Source: Eledone cirrhosa
Taxonomy: Eukaryota
Reading direction: 5' to 3'
DNA length: 64,000 bases
NCBI GenBank assembly: GCA_964016885.1
Contig: OZ024742.1
Span: 259,470,001-259,534,000, forward strand
Shown one piece after another: positions 56,534 through 64,000 of the stretch; the first letter of the stretch is position 1, and every line of letters begins with the position of its first letter. The notes beneath the pieces are model-generated. The model saw nothing but the letters and a program-made list of their open reading frames with translations. It had not been told where the DNA came from and did not search any database. A program made the position numbers and the translations under genes.

Positions 56534-58444
56534 CGTTTATATATATATATATATATTTATGTATGTATGTGTGTGTGTGCGTGTTTGTGTGTGTGTGTGC
56601 GTGTTTGTGTGTGTGTGTGTGTGTATGTGTGTGTGCTTGTATATTTTTTTTCGTTATCTTTATTATTTTATGCAGAAATCTCTCATTTTCCTTTCAAAGC
56701 AACTCGCATCTCATAAAACGAAATAGATGCTGCTTCTCTCAGTTTCAGACCAATTCACAGAACAGCTTATCAATCTTGACTACTTTTCACAACCAAAAAC
56801 ATTATTAGATTTACTGCGCTGCTGTGTATTGCTAGAAACGGAAATCTATTTGGAATTACTCCGAGATTCATAGATCACTATCAAAGACCATAAGCGTTAA
56901 AAGCTGGGCGGCTTGAAGCATTGTTTGCACTATTAACTATCATCTTGATATTAAAGTGTCGCCGTGCTATCGGCTTCTATTCCTTAATACATATCTTCAA
57001 TAATGCGCAATCAAATATCATACACCATTTTGCATTTTTTCGTTATCATTAAACATACACGTACGCACAAATACACACACACACATATAGACACATATAG
57101 ACACATGCACACATATACATATATACACACACACATATATATATATAAAGAGAGAAAGAGAGAGAGATAGAGATAGATGGATAGAAAGAGAGAGAGACGT
57201 ACATTTAAATGTGTATATATATGCGGTATATGTGCATCGATAATTTATACACGTATGTATAAAACATATACGCACACAAATTTATACATATATATATGTG
57301 TGTATATATTAATTTTTTTTTACTTGTTTGGTTTCTTATTTCCGTATTTTAGATTATAGAATGAATGGAACCACCACTTGACATGATCAGCTATCTCTCT
57401 AGAGTAGTTTCCTCTAGTAATATGTCTTAATCGTATAATCCACGTTCTTCCAGAAAGTTCCATGATTTCCCAGGAGGTTGCAATAAAGCAGAACACTATT
57501 TTCCGTGGAAATGCTGTTATTGGCGCCATTTTATCTAAATGAACACTCATTGCACTATTTTGGCGCCATATAGTCAACTTATATGCTTGACCACGCAAAG
57601 CTATTTACTGGTAGTTAGCAGTATGGTGGACACCACATGACCGAATGGTTAAGAAGTTTGCTTCAAAATCTTTATGTCCAGGTTTCGATATCAACGCGTG
57701 ACATCTTGGCAAGTGTCTCTTCCGATAGTTTCGAATCACCAGTGACTTTTGAAATTTAGTCGGTGGAAAATGTTACGAAACCCATTGGATTTAGCGTGCC
57801 TGTAATTCATTAAGCCTGTCTTCACATACAATAAATCACACTGGATCTCCCTGATAATTACTTCAAAATTATATGTGTTTCTGGGATGATCAGTTACTTT
57901 ACGTTAATTTCATGAGTAGGCTTTTCCGGTGAAAGGACAACTTCAACACTGATCATCGAAACCGACGTTGACCCATTTCATAGGCAACACATTACTACTT
58001 GACTATGGAAAGTTATACAACTGTGTGTTAGTAGTAGATTGGAGTGTTTGTGAAAAGCTAACAACCAATGAATCGGTGACAGGATGTCGAGGGGAGGGCT
58101 TCAGTTTATTATATTCAATGCCGAAATGTGAAGAATAACATGTTGATTTTGTTGTTGTCGGTGTTGTTACTATTAGGTTTTCCTGTTTATTTATTTGAGA
58201 GATTTTACAGCCTCAGAGCATTACTTAAGAGTAGTTTTCTGATTCTTTGCTTTCTGAGTTCGAATCCCGCCAATGTGAACTTTTCTGTTTGGTAATATAA
58301 ATTACTATACACTTTTCTTTCGCCTAAAATTGTAATCATTGTTTATTTATTTAGTTATTTTACTCTTTTAATATTTCCAGTCATTAGACTGCACCATTCT
58401 TGGGTATCACTCTGATTAAGTCGATGAAAGCTACCCGAGTATTC

Positions 58445-58646
58445 ATAGAAATGGCTTCTACAGGACTAGAACTGTTTCATTCGAAGGAAATTATAAGGGA
58501 TTTCCTGATGATCTCCTGATGATTTCCTTCGAATGAAACAGTTCTAGTCCTGTAGAAGCCATTTCTATATTAAATGTTGTATATACCCTACTAATGTATT
58601 GAGTACCTCACTTACTGTGGCTACTCTCGATTGGACCCGGGACTCA
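58445..58646 (+). mobile_element. Fold-back family D copy with HHR (58512-58558)
   Basis: CUGAUGA-UUUC CUUC GAAU-GAAA-CAG UUCUAGUC CUG-UA; 58445-58487 is the inverted arm; the tail matches 7486-7552 reversed. Confidence 0.82.
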
Positions 58647-58934
58647 TATATATATATATATGATCAGGGAAGTATCTGACAGAGGTTAATCATCTTAATT
58701 AATTACGATAGACAATTTCTGTAATTTTAGCCTGTGAATCTGCAATTAGAGGGAAAACATTCATTAAGCGATAGCTATTTAGACTGCTTAACAATGAAAT
58801 TGTGCCTCTCGGGTGACACGCGTATGGAATAGCTTTCTTTTAAAGTACTCTAATGTGATCTTCACTATAGTCAATTCTGAGCCTTATTTGAACATATTGT
58901 TCGACGCTCTGACAAGTTTCCTAGCATTGGATGT

Positions 58935-59049
<115 letters not shown>

Positions 59050-59177
59050 CTGTGTGCCTGTGTGTATGTTTGTGTGTGCGTGTGTGTAATATGGAGGGAC
59101 GTGAATATGAGCACTTGCCTGATGATCCTATGAGTATACAGGTTAAATTACATAGTAACAATATCACAGCCATAAAA

Positions 59178-59223
<46 letters not shown>

Positions 59224-59243
59224 ATATTTTAATATATATATAT

Positions 59244-59303
<60 letters not shown>

Positions 59304-59340
59304 GTGTATATACAAGTAGGTATGTATATACCAATATCTA

Positions 59341-59400
<60 letters not shown>

Positions 59401-59593
59401 CATATTCAGCGAGAATCGTATTTCGGCTGGTAGAAACAGCGAAACGAAACGCAAAATCGTAGAAATGCTGGCAAGCGCTCCAATAGTTAAGACTAGCGCT
59501 AAACAATATGTTAAAACGCCATACAAACTGAAAAGTGGTCAAGAAGGCATTAACCACCTAAGCCAAAAAACAAGTCAAGCTAACCAGGTCAAA

Positions 59594-59647
<54 letters not shown>

Positions 59648-59649
<2 letters not shown>

Positions 59650-59851
59650 CGAAGGAAATGTGGTAAGTAACCAGGTGCACCATAACGCACCAAAGTACTC
59701 AATACTTAGGGTAGTAGAGTGGGTAATAGGAACGAGTAGGACCCCGACGGCTGAGCTCAAGCCGTTTCGACGGCTAATTCTGGACTAGAATTATCCGTCC
59801 AGAATTAGCCGTCGAAACGGCTTGAGCTCAGCCGTCGGGGTCCTTCTCGTT

Positions 59852-59855
<4 letters not shown>
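59648..59855 (-). mobile_element. Fold-back family B copy
   Basis: Arms 59727-59785 and 59797-59855. Confidence 0.9.
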
Positions 59856-59943
<88 letters not shown>

Positions 59944-59947
59944 AATG

Positions 59948-59989
<42 letters not shown>

Positions 59990-60572
59990 TATAGTAATAA
60001 TAATAAATTTGAAGACTAAAATCCAAAGAGAGCTCGATAAGGATAAATATATATCAAATATATAAGAACCGTAGAGCAAATATTTATTAAAATAACAGAT
60101 TAAAGTTTAAGCAAAGAATCGCTGCTTTCACCCTTAACGGGATCTTAATATGTATCTATATATATGCATAATGGTCTTTACGGCTCATATTTTTGCATTC
60201 GTTATGAATTTCTCGCGATTAACTCCAGATAAAAGCTGAAAAGCTCACCACTACATATAAGTATTTAATTTGTATTATCATATCTGCTTGCTCTTCGCAA
60301 CGTAATGTGAACTTAGAGAAACGAAACGAAAAGCAACCTCAAAGCCTAAACATTAAGCGTAAAAAATATATGGCGAATTCCGAATATATTCAATCATATA
60401 TAACGCTGACGTATTTTTTCGAGAGAATAAAGATGGCCGCCTTTCATTACTTCAAACATTAATTTATATTTTCTTAAATTCTACAATTTTCATGAAGTGC
60501 TCTGTAGTTCTTTATGATATTCTTTCCTCTGTGTTAATGTATTGTGTATAAGTGTTTCAGGTTATATTGTTT

Positions 60573-60621
<49 letters not shown>

Positions 60622-61100
60622 ACACACACGCATACACACATATATATCATAATACAGACAAACCCTCCCACACACATATATATATATGTAAGTACATTAT
60701 ATGTAAATATATATTTATATTACTATATCGGTATTATATACACGTATAACATCTACACATCAATGTACATATATACATATGTATGTGTATGTATGTATAA
60801 AACGTTTTGTGTGTTTATTTTATATCTAAATTGAATTTCAGAATCTATAACTGGAACACCAACTCCAATATGCTTTGCCAAATACTTTTTTAAAAATTAT
60901 AATAAAAATTCACAATAAAAATATTTCTGTGATAGAAGTAAATAATTAGTTTTTGGCAAAGGGAAAAAAAATCAATATTTTTAGCGATAGAAATTATTAT
61001 TCAAGTTGTTGTGATATTTGCCTATGTTTTGATTATTAACATATTCTTATTACTAAATATTTATATTGCACTCTGCAGTTTTTATTTCATTTTATTATTT

Positions 61101-61149
61101 TATAATAATAATAATAATAATAATAATAATTATTATTATTATTATTATT

Positions 61150-61231
<82 letters not shown>
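61101..61231. repeat. (AAT)n(TAT)n(CAT)n microsatellite
   Basis: Directly visible; explains the poly-N/Y/H ORF. Confidence 0.95.
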
Positions 61232-61269
61232 GTTATTGCTATTATCATTACTGGAATTGTTATGTCTAT

Positions 61270-61411
61270 TGTTTTTGTTTTTGTTTTCATTTTTGTCTTT
61301 TGGTCATTTTCCTTTTTCCGTTATACGATGTAAACCCTTACTTGGTGTTGTTTATCCTCCATGTATTGTCCAAAAAGTCTTGCGCCCTTGTGGGTAATAA
61401 ATGAAATTATT
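61270..61411 (+). mobile_element. Tx1/L1 3'UTR terminus
   Basis: T-rich tract ending GCCCTTGTGGGTAATAAATGAAATTATT, like 20174-20203. Confidence 0.6.
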
Positions 61412-61499
61412 GAACGCAATAAACACTCGTAACAAACAATTACTGATGTAGGAAATGGTAGCGGAAGATATGAGTAATGATGTTCTAGACCTTGCTAAA

Positions 61500-62130
61500 C
61501 CTTTAGGGCGGTGATTATGGACAATTTCCAAAATTCATTGGAATGACTGTGCTACTACCTGCGTGAGAAACATTCTACAGGCGGACGTCTCTGAGATGTA
61601 TACAGAGCTCAAAGCAGTCCTGCTTACTATCACCTTGTGAAACGTGTATTACTGTCTTACAGGCTAATGTTGAACAACTGCTTTTATATGCAAGACATAT
61701 CCGGCTATAAGCCGGGTTAGCAATGAAAATTAAACAGCCAGTTTCTTTTGGAAGGGAGACGTGGAAATTCTTCCTCTGCTTCAATGCTATGGTGAAAGAT
61801 GCTGCATGATGGACACATCTAAAGGATTTCTGGAATCCTCCTCTCCGACCAACCCCTCAACTTCTTCAAATACCACTTGAGAAGTAAGGGGAAGATAGAG
61901 AGTGTGGTGTTGTCTCCTACTGCGTTTTATGCAAAATAGATGTGGGTGTCGAAATTTACTAAACTGAACAGCCCTACTCTGACTATGCTTTTCCAAACTG
62001 GAGGAAAGAAACCAGGAGAAGGCACTCTTAATAAATATGTCGGGACAGAGTAATTTGTGATTTTGTAGAGGGGTCTTCCCTAGAATTAACTGAAGAAAAC
62101 TCATACACCATTGCTGGAGAGTTCGTTCTA
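61500..62130 (+). pseudogene. Highly decayed LINE reverse-transcriptase fragment
   Basis: Scattered motifs ITVL, QDISGYKPG, KMLHDG, VLSPTAF in expected RT order. Confidence 0.45.
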
Positions 62131-62177
62131 AATTACGTTTGTTATTGTTTTCATTGTTATTATTACATCTATGGTTA

Positions 62178-62357
62178 GGGCAGTGGATTGGCAGTATCGG
62201 TAAATACGGACGCCAAGCATAGAGTTACGGCCCTTGCCATTCTGAGTTCAAATCCCGCCGAGGTTAACTTTGCCTTCATCCTTACGGGGTCGATTAAATA
62301 AAATACCAGTAATGCACTGGGATAATTGTTGGCCTTGTGCCAAAAGTAGAAACAATT
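62178..62357 (+). mobile_element. SINE family 1
   Basis: A and B boxes, core, tail. Confidence 0.85.
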
Positions 62358-62419
62358 ATTACATCTATGTTTTTTCCTTTGATATCTCCTATCCTTTGCC
62401 TAGTATAAATCCCACTCTG

Positions 62420-62727
62420 TGAAATATCGTGGTTTAGTGAATAGGGTATTCGCTTACGATTGTAAGGTCGTGAATACGATTCCCGGCGGCGCATTTTGTC
62501 ATTGAGCGAGACTCTTTACTTCTAACTGCTCTAGTTCACTCTACTGGGAAAGATGAATTGTTTCTGTAATTCGAAGAGCCAGCCTTCTCATATTCTATCT
62601 CACGCTGGATCTCCCTGAGAACTATGTTAAAGATACACGTGTCTGTGGGGTGCTCAGCCACTTGTTGAAGGCTGTTCCGTTGATCTTATCAACTGGACCA
62701 CTCGTCATCATAACAGATGGAGTACCA
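62420..62727 (+). mobile_element. SINE family 2
   Basis: CGTGGTTTAGTG head, ACGATTCCC B-box remnant, GTCATTGAGCGAGACTCTTT core; AAATCCCACTCTG on both flanks (TSD-like). Confidence 0.7.
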
Positions 62728-63046
62728 AAAAAATCCCACTCTGAGTTGTTTGTTGTCTTTATATTGTCTCCAATATTTTGGATGCTTTTGGCCTACAAAA
62801 GAAAATATTATTATTAACAGCACAGCGGGGAAGAAACAAATTCGTTAGCACAACGGCCAAATGTTTTGACAGATTTCCTTCCGGTTGTTTACGATCTTAA
62901 GTCAAATCCCACCGACATCAGCATTGCTTTTCATCCCTTTGAGGTCTATAAAATAAACTACACGTCACTTTTTTTTTTGGGGGGGGGGTCGACTCTTCAC
63001 ACCGAATTTGCTAACATCGTGCAAAACATCAATATGAATGTCATTA

Positions 63047-63330
63047 TGAAGGCGCGTGGCTTAATGCTTAGGGTATTCAGCCACATTTGTATTGTCTTGC
63101 GTCGATTCCAGGCGCCACATGGTGTCCTTGAGCAAAACATTTTATTTCATGTTGTTCCAGCTCACAATGAAATGTACCTGTAATTTAAAGGACCAGCCTC
63201 GTCAACCACTGATTCATATTGAATCTCTCTGAACAGTACTTTCAGCGTACGCATGTCTATGGAAATCACAGGCATTTGCACGTTAATTTCATGAGCAAAG
63301 TGATCTGTTGCTCAAACATCTAGAATACAC
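63047..63330 (+). mobile_element. SINE family 2
   Basis: TGAAGGCGCGTGGCTTAATG head; GTGTCCTTGAGCAAAACATTTTATTTCA core. Confidence 0.7.
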
Positions 63331-63801
63331 GTAAAGAAACATAAATGTTATAATTCTGGATTATATATACGGGAATGGAAAGGATTCGATCGGTTGATCA
63401 GATCAATGAAACAATGTTAGTATAGTCTCTCCATTGCCGATTCTATCGTCTGCTCGTAAGAACAGAACGCAATCTGTCCAGCAATTGAAACCACTACTTT
63501 ATGATCGTGAGTTCAGCATCTTAACCACTACGCCATTAATTGTATTTAATTATATCTTTCTATTTTGTGACTCTAAGTTTCAGTGGAGTCATTTTGTGCT
63601 TTTATTCGTTTTATCTAATTAAAATTAACTACCAGTCAATTATATTGGCTTTCCGATATCAAATCGTTTTATCAGAGGCCCACAAAATGTAGATTCATGC
63701 TGAGAAGAAATATTTCTATCCAGAATTTTTAATTATATCACATTGAATAATTACACCCACTTGTCTTTCGTTAAAATATAACATAGCTTCTTTGGGTATA
63801 C

Positions 63802-63863
<62 letters not shown>

Positions 63864-63953
63864 GTATTTGTGTATGTGTGTGTGTGTGCGTGCGCGTGCG
63901 TGATGTAAGAAGTAAATAAAAGCATGTATATATATATATATATTTATATATTT

Positions 63954-64000
<47 letters not shown>

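Noticed and set aside
57320-57598. 92-aa non-repetitive ORF (also 16564-16794)
   Set aside because: No recognisable domain or supported splice structure.

Overview
Animal genomic DNA, very AT-rich and saturated with (TA)n/(CA)n/(GA)n microsatellites. The SINE repertoire suggests an octopus/cephalopod (inference). No host protein-coding gene is supported; most ORF-track entries are microsatellite artefacts. Recognisable coding remnants: two 5'-truncated Penelope-like elements (PLEs) with GIY-YIG endonuclease ORFs (525-2392; 54254-55995), two large and two small Tx1/L1-clade pieces, an R4/Dong-type C-terminus, RTE-like 5'UTR pieces, a decayed RT fragment and many tRNA-derived SINEs. The main signal is about 20 fold-back (inverted-duplication) insertions from at least 8 sequence families, nearly all sitting in (TA)n arrays. 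One arm carries a family-specific 3' tail; the other stops at a fixed family-specific nucleotide. Most families carry a minimal type I hammerhead ribozyme (HHR) motif, including core variants. All coordinates and pairings were read by eye; edges may be off by a few nt and nothing was database-searched.
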